64,000 nt of DNA from Ginglymostoma cirratum (taxonomy: Eukaryota). Positions 25,890 to 39,520 of this stretch are shown piece by piece; the first letter of the stretch is position 1; every line of letters starts with the position of its first letter. Below the pieces are notes generated by a model. It searched no databases. It was given only the letters and a program-made list of their open reading frames with translations, and was not told the origin of the DNA. The DNA lies in the NCBI GenBank assembly GCA_024137785.1, contig JAHRHZ010000143.1:1-64000 (forward strand). Reading direction: 5' to 3'. A program made the translations under genes and the position numbers.

Positions 25890-28680
25890 CAGAACATGAG
25901 ACATAGGAGACCCTACAGTCCCCTAAGTTCAGCCTCAACTCCACTTTCCCATCAGCTCCCTATTACATTTGATTCTGAGAGTTCAAAAATATGTTTATTG
26001 AAGACTTAGATCTATCCAATAATGGAACATCCACATTTTTCCTGGGTGAAAATTCCAATGCTTCACAAGCCTTTGAGTGAAAACAGTTCGCCTTATCTCA
26101 GTATAAAATGATCACACATTCTCAGACTGTGTTCCTGTTCTCTCAACTGCCCAGCTGGGGAAAACAACATTTAAGACTGTATTCTGTCAATTTCCTTCAG
26201 AATCGTGACTGTTTCAATGGGATCGTCTTTCATCCATCTAAACTCCAAACAGCATAGGCTTAATTTACTCAGTCTTTCATCATAGGACAACTTCCTTCAT
26301 TCTAGAGACCAGTGTAGTGGTCTTTCATGCTATCATCTCCAAAGCAGGTATATTCTTTCTTAAATATGGAGACGAAAACTCCATTCCAAGTGTGGTCTCA
26401 CTCAAACCTGGACAATTGTAGCAAGACTTCTTCATTTCATTACTTCAGCTCCTTGCAATAAAGGCCAACATGCACATAATCTTCCAAATTGCTTGCTGTG
26501 TTTGTATGCTAACTTTGTGTTCCTTCTTGGAGTGCACCCACATGTTGAGTGACATCAACATTCAGTTTGATGCCTTTAAAAAAGTCTGCTTTTCTATTCT
26601 TACAGCCAAAGCGAATAACCTCATATTTCCCCATACTGTATTTGATCTGCCACTATGTGGCCCACTCACTTAACATGTTGATATCTCTTAACACCCTCTT
26701 TGTGTCCTCCTCACAGGTTACACTGCCACCTAGCTTGGTTTTATCAGCATTACGCTCAGTCTCTTCATCTAAATCATTAAGATGGTTGGTGAATATCTGA
26801 GACCCAAGCACCAACCTTTGCAACACTCCTCTAGATACAGTCTGTAAGCTTGAAAATTCACTTTTATCTGTACTTTTTACTTGCTTTCTGTTCATCACTC
26901 ATGTATCCATGCAAATATATAACCCCAATTCTGTGACTCCTAATCTTGTATATTAAACTTTTGTGTGGCTTTTACTGAAAGCCTTTTCAAAATCTAAGTG
27001 TACTACATGTAATAATACCCCATTCTCTCCTCTACAATTTTCATCCTCAAAAACTCTAATGTATTTGTCAAGAGATAGCAAGAACTGCAGATGCTGGAGT
27101 CAAAGACAACACAGTATGGAGCTGGAGGAACACAACAGGCCAAACAGCATCAGAGGAGCAGGAAAGCTGACGTTTCGGGTCAGGACCCTTCTTCAAAAAT
27201 GGGGAGGGGGATGGGATCTAGGAAATAAATAGCGAGAGGACGGGTGTGGCAGGGGAAGGTAGGTGGAACGGTGATAGGTGAGTGGTGGGGACTGTTCAGT
27301 GGGATGGGTGGGGCGGGTAGGTGGGAGAGAAGACGGACAGATTTTGTGTCAGGTCAAGGAGGCGGAATTGAGAAGGAGGCTTGGACATGAGATGAGGCTG
27401 GGAGTGGGGAGATTTTAAAACTGGTAAATTCCATGTTTAGGCCATCAGGCTGTCAGCTCCCCAGATGGAATATGAAGTGCTGCTCCTCCAGTTTGCAGGT
27501 GGTGTCATTGTGACACTGGAGGAGGCCCAGGATTGACATGTCACCCAGGGAATGGGAGTGGGAGATAAAATGGTTGGCGACCAGAACGTGTTGTAGTTTG
27601 TCATATATAGAACGCAGATGCTCTACAAAACGGTATGCAAGTCTATGCATACCTTTGCAAGTCTATCAGCTCACAGATATAGAGGAGGCCACATCAGGAG
27701 CAGTAGATATAGTAGACCAAGTAGTAGACAGACGTGCAGGTGAACCCTGTTGGATATGGAAGTTTTGTTTTGTGCCTTGAATGGAGGTGAGGGGGGGAGC
27801 TGTAGGAGCAGGTGTTGCACTTCCTGTGGTTCCAGGTAGAGGTGCCAGGGGTGATGGGGTTAGTGGGTGTGGTGGGGGTAGTGGGGACTGTGGAGCGGAT
27901 GAGGGAGTCGCAGAGAGAGCAGTTCATACAAAAGGCAGATACGGGTCAGGAGGGAAATATTTCTTCGTTTGTGGGGTCGGATTGTAGGTGCCGGAAGTGA
28001 CGGAGAATGATACGTTTGTTGCGGAGGTTGGTGGGGTGATTTGTGAAGACAAGTCTTTATTGACTTTCTCCAATTATGCTCACTCTGCTTTAATTAAGTG
28101 CATTGTTAAAGCTTCCTTAACAAGAGATTTCAGCAATTTCCTGATGTCCAATTTCAGACTAACTGACCAGTAGTTCTGTTTTCTCTCTCGCCCTCCCTTC
28201 TTGGATTGCAGAATTACAGTTTCTAAATTCCAGCCCTCTGGGGCTGCTCTACAATCTAGGGAATTTTGCAAAACCCTAACCAGTGCATCTGATATCCTGC
28301 AGCTACTTTTAGAACCCCAGGATGTACCCATCAGGTGCTGGGGTTTTTATGCCTCATTATTTTTTTTCTGCTGATATTAATTACTTTAAGATCCTCACTC
28401 TTTTTAGCCTTTTTGTTATCCATCTCCTATGTAATTTGTGTCAGTCTACTGTGAAGACAGAACAAATTATGTGTTTATTGCCTCTGCCAGTTTCCCTTTC
28501 CCTGTGACATTTTCTCCCATCTCTGCCACGAAGGAACAAACAGTCACTTTAGCTTCTGTCATGTCATTTTTGTACATGAAAAAGCTCTTGCAATTTGTTT
28601 TCATGTTATTGACTACTTCCTCCCATATGCTAATTTTCACATTTTATTAACAATTTGGATTCCCTTTGCTGATACAATTG
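25890..28680 (-). mobile_element. CR1 LINE, decayed, split by a PLE
   Basis: VSRGVLQRLVLGSQIF...NDLDE...ADKTKLGG RT motif; KKGGRERKQNYWSVSL. Confidence 0.85.
27070..28040 (-). mobile_element. Neptune-type PLE 3' fragment nested in a CR1 LINE
   Basis: GIY-YIG remnant (RLAYRFVEHL...VANHF...MSILGLLQC...EEQHFIFHLG) plus the family tail. Imperfect TSD atttgtcaaga/atttgtgaaga. Confidence 0.88.
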
Positions 28681-29418
28681 AACAACATTCTTGGTTAATT
28701 TACTGCAACTAGTCATTTGGGGAATTACCATAAAGCTCCAGGTTGCTTCAACATGTTTTAAAATACAGCTTGTGCCCTTTCGAGAAGTCATCAGAAAGCT
28801 TCTCACAGAGCTGTACCTCTTTTGCCGTATCTATGCAATTCATTCTTCTCGTGGTTAATTATCTAAAAATTACTGATGTTGTCCTGCAGTTTTACAAGCA
28901 AAATGCATTTGAACTGGCACGTCTAAACTCTGTCAAACATTGCAATGCTAGTGATACAATGAGTGGTAGAATCCTATCACAAACCTCTGTCTGTTGTTTT
29001 GTGCAGAGGAAGAGAGGATTTGGACATGTACAATTCATTTGTTTTCAAATGGCTTTTTTCCACAGTAGTCTGTAACTTTAAAAATGGGAAATTCTATAGT
29101 TGGTTACAGAAATAAAAACGTTACTGTTTGGGTATCAGGACAGGGCTCAAAGCCACTAAAAACTCAACAGGGTCAAAAATAGTCACAGGTCTTTTTGGTC
29201 ACATTGTTTGTTAGAACTATGTGAGTGTTACTGCAACCATGGCATCCCGAAAAGACGAAGGATTAACAAATGCAGTGATGTTAGTTGAGCTTTAATTGCT
29301 GCCACTGTCTCCGAGATCTAAATTGGTTCAGTCAGTAACCACAGACAAGATGTTGCTTCTGAACATGGGCCTGTCAGATCATTTGCAACAATGAAATATC
29401 TATCAATACTTATGGCTT

Positions 29419-29550
29419 GGAGACAGTAAGGACTGCAAATGGTGGAAGCTAGCGTCAATAAATGTAGAGCTGGAAAAGCACAGCTGATCAGACAGCATCT
29501 GCGGAATAGGAAAGTCAACGTTTCAGGCCAAAACCCTTCGTCAGGACTCT
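29419..29550 (-). mobile_element. PLE-tail insert with hammerhead
   Basis: Diverged tail of the same layout; weak flanking repeat cttatggc/cttacggc. Confidence 0.72.
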
Positions 29551-29551
29551 T
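29511..29551 (-). ncRNA. Minimal type I hammerhead ribozyme motif
   Basis: AGAGUC-CUGACGA-A-GGGU-uuug-GCCU-GAAA-CGUU-GACUUU: 6-bp stem I, GUU site. Confidence 0.75.
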
Positions 29552-29569
29552 ACGGCAATCCCTGAGTTT

Positions 29570-30723
29570 TCAATAGTTATTTCTAAGTGGACTGGAGGCC
29601 AAAGATAGACCACATCCGCAGCAACACCATGTACAAAGCTCTAGATGGGGGTGCAGGAAGGATATACCCAATGCTGCCCTCATCCTGATAGCCATCTTTG
29701 TACGCAGCTGTATCAAGCTGTGTGTAGACTGTTGAAATGCAAACACTAAGTGGTAATACATACTGATGTTCTACCTGTCTTTAGTGTTGCAATGGATAGG
29801 CCTGGCCTTGTTGCCATGGAATGTTTCAAGTAGTCAAACCGTTTTGTATCACCTGTCCTTCATGGAAGTATTTGCAAAAGGCAACACCTTTGACCACAAC
29901 TCCATCAGGAAGTGGTCAGCACATAATGTCCTCAAGACCCTGCAGGAAAAGGACAAGTTTGATACTGTTGGGTGGTTCCCAGAGCAGACTGTCAAAGTCA
30001 CTTGGTAGAATGCCTCATCATCAGAACTTTCCAACAAGCAACTAGATCTAGCTTGGCTGGTGGTGAGAAGGGCACTACCCATCAGATCTTTCATGTACAC
30101 CTGGGCTCTCTCTGCCACCACACTCTGCCCTTGAAGCGGCAATGCTGGCAAAGAGACTGTTGCACATCTCCTTCTGGAATGTGCCTTTGCAAGGAGAGAT
30201 GAATAGCTTTTGTCATCCTGAGCAGCTCTGTGATGCAGGACTCAGTGCTTTGTGGGCTATTCTCCTGGACACACACCGAGACAAATATTGACTGCGCCTG
30301 GAGGATGTCAGCTCAGTGAAAGATGCTGTTTGGTCTGTCCAAAACTTATTGGTCTTCCAGTGCAAAGAGTTGACCTCAATCAAGTGTTGCAGACTGGTAC
30401 ATTCCAAGGTCCAGGACTATGTGCTAATGGACACACAAAAACCGAGGACAACTACTGTCAAGTTGCAGTGAGGTAAAGCCACAGTCTCAGATCTTTTGGT
30501 CAAAATATGATAATAATCTGTTACATCTGAGGTCATTGCCTTAATTGAAATGTAATTAGTTTCTTTTCATAATCAGAAAATGCTTTTTGTTGCAACTAAA
30601 TTGAAGATGTAATGAGGAATGTCAAAATTCCACTCTATTTTATACAAAGTCTGATCTGAACTGTTTTTAGATATTTGTACTTAAAGAGAATTCAAGAATA
30701 AAATATATAATTACAAAAAAAAA
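29570..30723 (+). mobile_element. L1/Tx1-clade LINE ORF2 3' end with poly(A)
   Basis: FDHNSIRKWSA...WFPEQTVK...LAWLVVRRALP...ETVAHLLLEC zinc-finger region; AATAAA and A-run at 30697-30723. Confidence 0.82.
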
Positions 30724-31199
30724 TTAATGGATCTAGTTCATATCTTACTGATGCACTGTTAGATATTGGGAATTTGTAAAAGAAAAGTAGCTCAATTTCA
30801 TAGAAATGACATGTTCTAAGAAAAACCTATATAAATCCCACATGCACGTTATTTGTGTTGTAGCTTTAACAGTTTGGCATCACATTTTAGTGTATATGCT
30901 GCTCCTGACATTTTCCAGCACTTGTCTGAAGGTCTTCTTAGTTGACTTTTCTGTAGTGGTTGCAAACAACTGAGTGGATTACTAGGAGCTGAAGCTTACA
31001 TTTTTTGGCTAAGTCCAAGTTACGTTGAGACTTCAGAAGTATTTTTCACTTTGAGGCCCAGAGTGTTTTCTTGTCATATCTTACCAAACTCAGCTTATTA
31101 GTTACCTACCATGTCCAATGGCATCACTCACATCTGATTTCTGTCCTATCGCACTACGTACAGTTCCTCAACTCACCCCTTCAGTGGATATCCACCAAA

Positions 31200-32330
31200 A
31201 GGCCAGCATCACTCATATCCTCAGTATCTTTAAAAGGCTGCTGTGCGCCTAGACAAGCACCAGCATTCCAAAGCTGCCCTGCTGGTCAAGAATCAGTACA
31301 TGCTGGAGACAGGAAGATGGCATCACAATTCTCCAACAGGGACCTGGAGGTGCAGGTCAATCGGGTGGTCCGCAGGATAGGCGTCCTCAGAGAACTATAT
31401 TTTAGTCATGCCAACTATCATGATGCACTGTCCCCGGTCAAGTCAGGGTGATGAATGCTGATGAACATCTTCCCATAGTTCATTGGAAGAGTTAGTTTAC
31501 TATCATCTCACACCCTTTCACAATTATTGTTCTCTCTGCTCCCTCTCATCACCACAACTGACTTCCCCAACCTGCCTACCCCAGCAGTGGTCTCTGAATA
31601 CCCCCCTTGACTTTCAGTGAGCAAAACGTCAGGATTGACAGTATACTATCAAGATATGGTAGAAGGACAGTTCTAACTAATGAGTGACTAGACTCCTGAT
31701 CTCTGAACTGTGTGCAGCTCCCCAACAGAGAGTCAGTGCTGATTCCGTGTCTGCTTGTACCGGCTCTGCAGGACTGACTGTAGTCCAGTCCACAGACTAA
31801 TTTAGTTTTAGTGCAGAAGCATTTAGCTGTGTAAACTGCTGGCACATGTAGTTATGACACTTGTATAGCATGGTGCTGTACAGCAACATGTCCGTCTCTT
31901 GACTGATCACTGCTCACATGACAAGCTACCCGGCTTTGAGTCTGCCCGAAAAGGCAAGGCAAAACATAAGTACTATGATCTTATACATTGTGAATCTGGC
32001 AGCAAAGCACAAAATGGCAAGGCAAGGGTAAAGATGCTGTGAGCACAAAGTGATGAGCACCACGAAAGCAGGCAAAGATGCACTCTTCTGCAACGCATTA
32101 GATCAGTGGTGCAACATTGAAGTGGATAACCATATTCCAGTGAGTCAGAGATGAGCCATGATGATCTGGTGAGGCTGGTGCATGGCCAGTGCCAAACTGC
32201 AAAGATAAAGAATGCAGGCAATGGATGCCTATGGAAATGTTGAGGACTGCTGGCCAAAATGGCAATCTACAAGAGCAAGCAAATAGCTGGAAGTGCCAGG
32301 TACCCACTTTGACTTTCATGTTGGGAATTG
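31200..32330. mobile_element. Possible Harbinger remnant (Myb/SANT-like start on +, transposase traces on -)
   Basis: KMASQFSNRDLEVQVNRV resembles the N-terminus of Harbinger Myb-like proteins; highly decayed. Confidence 0.4.
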
Positions 32331-32460
32331 TCATTTAGTTTCTCACTGCTATGTGGAAGAATTGCAAACTGCAAATAAATGAGATGAGAATAGGTTATAG
32401 ATAACAAGGTGTGGAGCTGGATGAACACAGCAGGCCAAGCAGCATCATAGGAGCAGGAAA

Positions 32461-32496
32461 GCTTGACGTTTCGGGCCGAGACCCTTCTTCAGAAAT
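32461..32496 (-). ncRNA. Minimal hammerhead motif (intact core, weak stem I)
   Basis: CUGAAGA-A-GGGU-cucg-GCCC-GAAA-CGUC. Confidence 0.7.
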
Positions 32497-34224
32497 GGGG
32501 TAGGGGAAGAGGGTTCTGAAATAAATAGGGAGAGAGGGGGAGGCGGATAGAGGATGGATAGAGGAGAGGATAGGTGGAGAGGAGGCAGACAAGTCAAAGA
32601 TGCGGGGATGGAGCCAGTAAAGGTGAGTGTAGGTGGGGAGGTAGGGAGGAGATAAGTAAGTCCAGGGAGGACGGACAGGTCAAGGGGGCAGGATGAGGTT
32701 AGTAGATAGGAGATGGGGGTGCGGCTTGAGGTGGGAGGAGGGGTTAGGTGAGAGGAAGAACAGGTTAGGGAGGCGGGGACGAGCTGGGCTGGTTTTGGGA
32801 TGCGGTTGGGGAGGGGAGATTTTGAAGCTTGTGAAATCCACATTGATGCCATTGGGCTGCAGGGTTCCCAGGCTGAATATGATTTGCTGTTCCTGCAGCC
32901 TTCGGGTGGCATCATTGTGGCATTGCAGGAGGCCCAGGATGGACATGTCGTCTGAGGAATGGGAGGGGGAGTTGAAATGGTTTGTGACTGGGAGGTGCAG
33001 TTGTTTGTTGCGAACTGAGCGCAGGTGTTCTGCAAAGCGTCCCCAACCCTCCGCTGGGTTTCCCCGATGGAAAGGAGGCCACAACGGGTACACCTATTCC
33101 CAATTCCTTCGCCTCCGCTGCATCTGCTCCCAGGATGAGGCATTCCACTCCCGTACATCTCAGATGTCCTCATTCTTCAAGGACCGCAACTTCCCCCCCG
33201 CAGTGGTCGAGAACGCCCTCGACTGTGTCTCCCGCATTTCCCACAACTCATCCCTCACACCCCGTCCCCACAATAACAACCAAAAAAGAATCCCCCTCGT
33301 CCTCACGTACCACCCCACCAACCTCCGGATCCAACGCATCATCCTCCAACACTTCTGCCATCTGTAATCCGACCCCACCACCAAAGACATTTTTCCCTCC
33401 CCACCCTTGTCTGCTTTCCGGAGGGACCACTCTCTCTGTGACTCCCTTGTCCGCTCCACACTCCCCTCCTGCCCCACCACACCCGGCACTTTTCCCTGCA
33501 ACCGCAGGAAGTGCTACACCTGCCCCCACACCTCCTCCCTCACCCCCATCCCAGGCCCCAAGAAGACTTTCCACATCAAGCACTTGTTCACCTGCACATC
33601 TGCTAATGTGGTATACTGCATCTGCTGTACCTGTTGTGGCCTCCTCTACATCGGGGAAACCAAGCGGAGGCTTGGGGACCGCTTTGCAGAACACCTGTGC
33701 TCGGTTCGCAACAAACAACTGCACCTCCCAGTCGCAAACCATTTCAACTCCCCCTCCCATTCCTCAGACGACATGTCCATCCTGGGCCTCCAGTAGTGCC
33801 ACAACGATGCCACCCGAAGGCTGCAGGAACAGCAAGTCATATTCAGCCTGGGAACCCTGCAGCCCAATGGTATCAATGTGGATTTCACAAGCTTCAAAAT
33901 CTCCCCTCCCCCTACTGCATCCCAAAACCAGCCCAGCTCGTCCCCGCCTCCCTAACCTGTTCTTCCACTTGCCTATCCCCTCCTCCCACCTCAAGCCGCA
34001 CCCCGATTTCCTACCTACTGACCTCATCCCGCCCCCTTGACCTGTCCGTCCTCCCTGGACTGACTTATCGCCTCCCTACCTCCCCATCTACACTCACCTT
34101 TACTGGCTCCATCCCCGCCTCTTTGACTTGTCTGTCTTCTCTCCACCTATCCTCACCTCTATCCAACTTCTATCCGCCTCCCCCTCTCTCCCTATTTATT
34201 TCAGAACCCTCTTCCCCTCCCCCA

Positions 34225-34258
34225 TTTCTGATGAAGGGTCTAGGCCCGAAACATCAAG
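34225..34258 (+). ncRNA. Minimal hammerhead motif (core intact, stem III altered)
   Basis: CUGAUGA-A-GGGU-cuag-GCCC-GAAA-CAUC. Confidence 0.65.
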
Positions 34259-36424
34259 CTTTCCTGCTCCTATGATGCTGCTCGGCCTGCTGTGTTCATC
34301 CAGCTCCACACCTTGTTATCTCAGATTCTCCAGCATGTGCGGTACCTATTATCTAAGAATAGGTTATAATGTTAATGCCTCTCACTGTTCACTAGCAAGA
34401 TTCTTGTGTTACTGTTCAAACCTTGGGGGCAAAATCAGAACTTTCTTTGCCAACATCAAGCATTTAAATTTTCCAATCTCACTGTATTTTCCCAACTCAC
34501 TCACCATTGCCAACATTGTTCAGGAGCTAGGAGGATTCTGCCCAGGTAATTGGTAGGATACTGCAGACATAAGTGACCAGTTTAGAGCTTTTCTAAAAAT
34601 CCATTCTTTCTTTTTGTATCAACATTGGTGTGTTATCTTTCACGCAATAAATTATATCATTTTCCTGCAGCAATGTGCAGACAGCAATGAGCAGCAAACA
34701 CTTCAGAAGATCAGCCATTATTGTACTGAGTGACCAAGCAGGCTGAACAGGCCATATTACCTACTCCTCGTCTTGTTTTTATATTCTTAAAATAACGTTC
34801 TGGAATACAGTATCGGAGGAATTTGAGACATAATGTACTTAAGAGATCAGGTGACTTTAAACTGATGATTTCAAGATGTTTTTACCAGTGGCTGTTTTTC
34901 TTGACTCTTGGTGAATGTATTGTAGATAATTGTTAGAGATTTATTGCCATGATTTGTCAATAACTCCATCATTGTTATATCATGTAACTATCAGAATTGT
35001 AAAAGGTACATTAGGTGGGCTATTGTATATGTTCACCATACAAATCCTATAGTCTCTGCAGTTAAGATTTGTAATTTTATTTAATATATTTTGTTTTTGT
35101 GTTGCCTGTACAGGATCAAAAATAAAAATATAATAAAAATACAGGAATAATTAATCATTTCAAATTAGTTGTTAATTTTTGTCTCCATGTAAAATATACT
35201 TCTCACTACGCATTAAATAGAACTGAGCGAATTCTGCTCTCAGACTCCCACTGTTGCCACTTATACAAGCATATGAATAAGGAAGTCTTTCAGTCCCTGA
35301 AGCTTCTCTATTCTAAATATGGTTCAGTAAGGATCTTTATTTCTTTCCTGTTGGGAAAATACTGTGTACTTCCTGGGTTTAGCAGCTCAATAGCATCTAA
35401 GGGAAAGCTGCTACATGCAGTGTAAATGGACACTTGAGTTCCACTTCAGTTTTGCACCTGAATAACATTGGAGCTAAATTTCCTCTTTTTTTTTGAAAAT
35501 AGTGCCTGACTGTGTCTGATAATGTCAGTTTTATATAATTGAAGGTTAGAGATCTATGGACTCAGATTTCAATTTGGAATGTTGAGTCTAGTTGAAACTA
35601 AACAGCTCCTAGAAAAATCTGGCACAACAGCTTGCAGTGCCTGGGCTTCCCCTGAACCACTGACAGCTGCTCCCTCCTAAACAATATGAAACGCATCAGA
35701 AAAAACAAGTGGAAGCTGGGTCTTTGAACGCATTCAAAGCAAGATAGGTTTTTAATATTCAAGGAAATCAAGGGTTATGCAGGTTAGACAGGAAAGTGGA
35801 GTTGAGACCACAACCAGATCAGCCATGATCCCATTGAAAGGCGGAAAAGGCACAAAGGATCAAATGACCTATTCTTGTTCCCAAGTCCCATCTTTCTACG
35901 TAGAATGTTCCATGTCTGTACCGTCAACTTTTATACAGAGACATGTTTCCCCTGTTCCTCGACCTGCTGCTTTGGCACAATGACAACACTCCCTCATCAG
36001 CTGTCTACAAGGTCGATGACAGAGGTCCAATTAAATATTATGCCAAGTTTGGATTTCAGTTCCAAGTCCATCCATGCCACAGCAGTACAAACCTATTCAC
36101 AAGGGACGGAAGCTTTGAACGAACATGACAACCTCCAACATGTAAATCATGACTGCCAGCATATATAAATTACATCAGAAACAAAGGACAAGCCATTCTT
36201 AAACGTTCAGATAGAAATCCCATAACTGGACAAAATCAAAAGGTTGACTGTCCTATAGGGCTTTCATTGATTGTATGTGCTCCTTTCATGGTACTGATGC
36301 TACTAAGGTCTAAAATGAGCTTTCAAGATGGCACCAACACAAGGCAATTCTCTGCGAGCTCTCTACAGCAGATCCTATTCTCACATTTCTTACAATCATT
36401 GCACAATTTTCTCTGTCCAATCAC

Positions 36425-36527
36425 CCTATGATCTGGTTGTCCTTGTATGTTATGATCTGCCTTAACTGGACACAAACCAAAGCTTTTCACTGTACTTAGG
36501 TACATGTGACAACAATCAATCAATCAA
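36425..36527 (+). mobile_element. LINE 3' tail (Rex1/Babar-like) ending in (CAAT)n
   Basis: aagcttttcactgtacttaggtacatgtgacaacaatcaatcaatcaa; family assignment from recall. Confidence 0.5.
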
Positions 36528-38689
36528 GTCGATTTCAATCCCTGTGCCCAACACGCATTTTCAGCAGCACCCAAAGTTTATCTTCGTCATTTTAATGAGG
36601 GCCACAAGGAAATCCTAAGTGTTCAGTGCAATTCTGCAAAAATACTCTCATTGTACCCTCAGTGACAGGTCAGAAACATCAATTATGAAACACAACTGAA
36701 CTTTACTAATGATTTGTAAAAGTTTAACATTATTCCTTTTGCTTTTATACTCCATATCCTTATTTATAAAGTCAAGTATCAATGTAATGTCTTTTTTACC
36801 TTTATCAATTTAACCTACTTTGAAAGCTTTATGAGGGTGATCCCTGCAGATTTTTATTCTTTTATGACACTGCATAATATCTTTGTGTTAAAATTCAAAG
36901 CTATGTCCTATGAAATAAGCCATTTAATAGCTCCTGAAAAGATAAACAATTATCAATAAAATCAGTATTTAAAGAGTTCCCATAAATAGAAAATAGTCCC
37001 TAAATTGCTACTCAGCATTCATTTGTAATATTTTTAAATGCCAATATTGTACACCTTCTACAATGAAGAAGTGGAGCAAACCCCTAATTACCATCCTACC
37101 TCCACCCCATTGAATTAGGATTGCCTTGTTCTACATGGTAACCTCCAGCTTCAAATGTAGAGATTCACTGCAGTATCAAACTGGTCTAATTAAGTATGAG
37201 TTATCTCATCCTTGATGTTGACAAATAATCAACATCAGTACCATACTGGTACTGGCAGCATCATTCAGTGAAAGTACAGATTGGGAATGAGAGACAATCA
37301 CACCAATCTGATAAGTGTTCTCTTCTGAAGGAGAGATTTTGATACACTTGGCATAATATTTAATTAGTGGAATCAGTGCTTTTGTTGGTAATAGCTTCAT
37401 TTGCTGTTTTCCATTTTAGGCTTCTATCATTGCATTGGCAGTAGGAGGACGCTGCTGTCATTGTGACATCTACCAAAGAGAATCAATGGAAGATGACTTC
37501 CCTCAATCCTGTTTGGTCCCAATGCTGACAGTGAGAAAAACAAATTAAAACAAGTATTGTCTCTAATGACACAAAGAAATATTTCCTCTTCACTATGACT
37601 CTTACAGGATATTCACAAATCTAACTTAGAAAGATCTTCATGAATTAATACTTAACATGCAGCCAGAATTATGTCCCAGTATGCTAAGTGCTTTGAAATA
37701 AATGAAAACTTCCCCTTCAAATAGGTACAAAAACTCTAATGCTTTTCCTTTGCTACCCACTTTGTGGACTTTGTTGCCATGGGGTAATATCAGCTGACTT
37801 AGCAAAGAATGGATGAAGAAGTCTGGATGTTGCATTCTGCTGCCAGGTCTTCACAGCCTGAAATTTTGGTTTGTTTCTTTCCAAAGATGCCGTCTGACCT
37901 CCTGGGGGAAGGAAAGGGTATGAGGAATTAACCCTGACTGAATTTCCAATATTCTTCACAACTTGAGAGGAAGAGCTGTGGAAACAATGAAATCAGCACA
38001 AGCATTATTGACATCAACTTTGAACAGATTTCACTGCTCTTCCACTGGAGAAATGACAGATTGGCAGGTAAATGCCCCCAGGAAAGTCATCTCATGTCTC
38101 CAAATTATTAGACCAGCCTTAGTTGAATTACCTCTCTTGAAGTGGCATCCACAAAAGAAAGTGATTGCAAATTTCATGTATGTCCAAATTTCTCCCAACA
38201 AATAGTAATAGAAGTAGCCACACTCCAGACAGATTATTCATAAAATATTAGTCTTTACATTTGAGAACCAAGACTAAAATGCCTACAAGACATCCGCTCT
38301 GTTGCAAATCATAAGGCCATCCCTGTTTACATGCAAGATTGCCAAGTTTCACTCACTAGGACCAAGGTTTAAAAAATTGACCATTTTGATGTGTTTTTTT
38401 CTCTTAACATGTTTAAAGTGGGCTTGTGATCTGTCTTACTTGATATTTCATGCTGTACATGAAATGTACCAAGCCATCTAATTCACAGTATTCACCCAAT
38501 TAAAGAAAATAATTCGATGAGAAAGTGCTAGTCAGGTATTGAAACACCTAGGACTAAATTTTATGAAGAATCAGCAGCGTCAATTTTGGGAATTTCTTGG
38601 GTGGTTTCCTTCCATGTGCTCCAGTAAGTTATTTTACGCAGTTCTCTGCTTGTCACCTGATTATACATGCACCATACATCTATGTTACT

Positions 38690-39520
38690 GTGTTCATGCT
38701 GTCATGTGCTCACCCAAAGTGGAAGTGATTGGTGTTGCTGGGACCATTGGGGTTTCCTGCCCCAGCACTATGTTTAAAGCCCAGCTATTCACCGGGTCAA
38801 GTGCTGCCAGCCAGTAATGGTCGTTCGCAGTAAAGTTGGGATAAACCTCTAAGATATGGTACAGGTAATTTATTGATGACATGTTCTTTGACCAGATGTA
38901 ATCCTTTCCTATTGATGAAGTCATACGAGATACGACATGGTGCTCTCTAAAGTGTGTTTAAAATCTATTGTGTCTTGCAACTTGGGGAAGTAATTTATGT
39001 TGGCAGAGCCTACTACCTGGGACATATTACTGACTTCACATTTGAAAATGACTCTATAAATGAGATGAAGCAGTGTGATCTTGCATTAGTAACAATCTTG
39101 AAACATTTGTGGATTGGCAATTGAGAGATCCCTCACAGGACCCAGAGAATTCTTGGACGCACTTGTTGATTAAAAAAAGTGTAGCTGTTACCTCGATGAC
39201 CACCAGAATAGGATGGTCATCCATTCTGTCAGATCACAAGCTTTGCTCCAGCATGTGACACTGTCCTGTTATGGCGTCCTAGAACATCGTCAATTTGCGG
39301 CCTCACTGCAACTCATTGATCTGAAGGAAATGGTATCAAGGATTCTTGGCCTCCTATACCTCTTCCACATCTTAAGGGGGCCTTTTGCTGGGATTTCTTC
39401 ATGTTGAGACTGTTCAGCAGCCACTGAATGTGCCGCTGATTCTGGGCTTCCGGGCAGATTTCTTGCTGCTCAATTTGTCTGCACTGTTGTTGTGCATCAG
39501 CCACAGCAACAATAAACACT
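38690..39520 (-). mobile_element. PIF/Harbinger transposase remnant
   Basis: Manual minus-strand translation FLQINELQ*GRKL..HPILVVIEVTATL and FINRKGLH resembles HARBI1-like motifs (NRKGFHS). Confidence 0.62.

Larger units (their letters stand above)
32400..34355. mobile_element. Penelope-like element (Neptune-type) with an inverted partial copy; 13-bp TSD
   Basis: + arm (about 33092-34355) encodes the RT C-terminus (YSQFLRLRCICS), Cys motif PCNRRKCYTC and GIY-YIG (NVVYCICC...LLYIGETKRRLGDRFAEH) with two premature stops. - arm 32400-33068 is an inverted copy of its 3' part. TSD agaataggttata at 32387-32399 and 34356-34368. Confidence 0.93.

Noticed and set aside
33135-34040. 301-aa Pro/Ser/Thr-rich ORF (and 32445-33173, 33634-34275)
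   Set aside because: Alternative frames of a C-rich PLE strand; the real PLE frame is the interrupted RT/GIY-YIG one.
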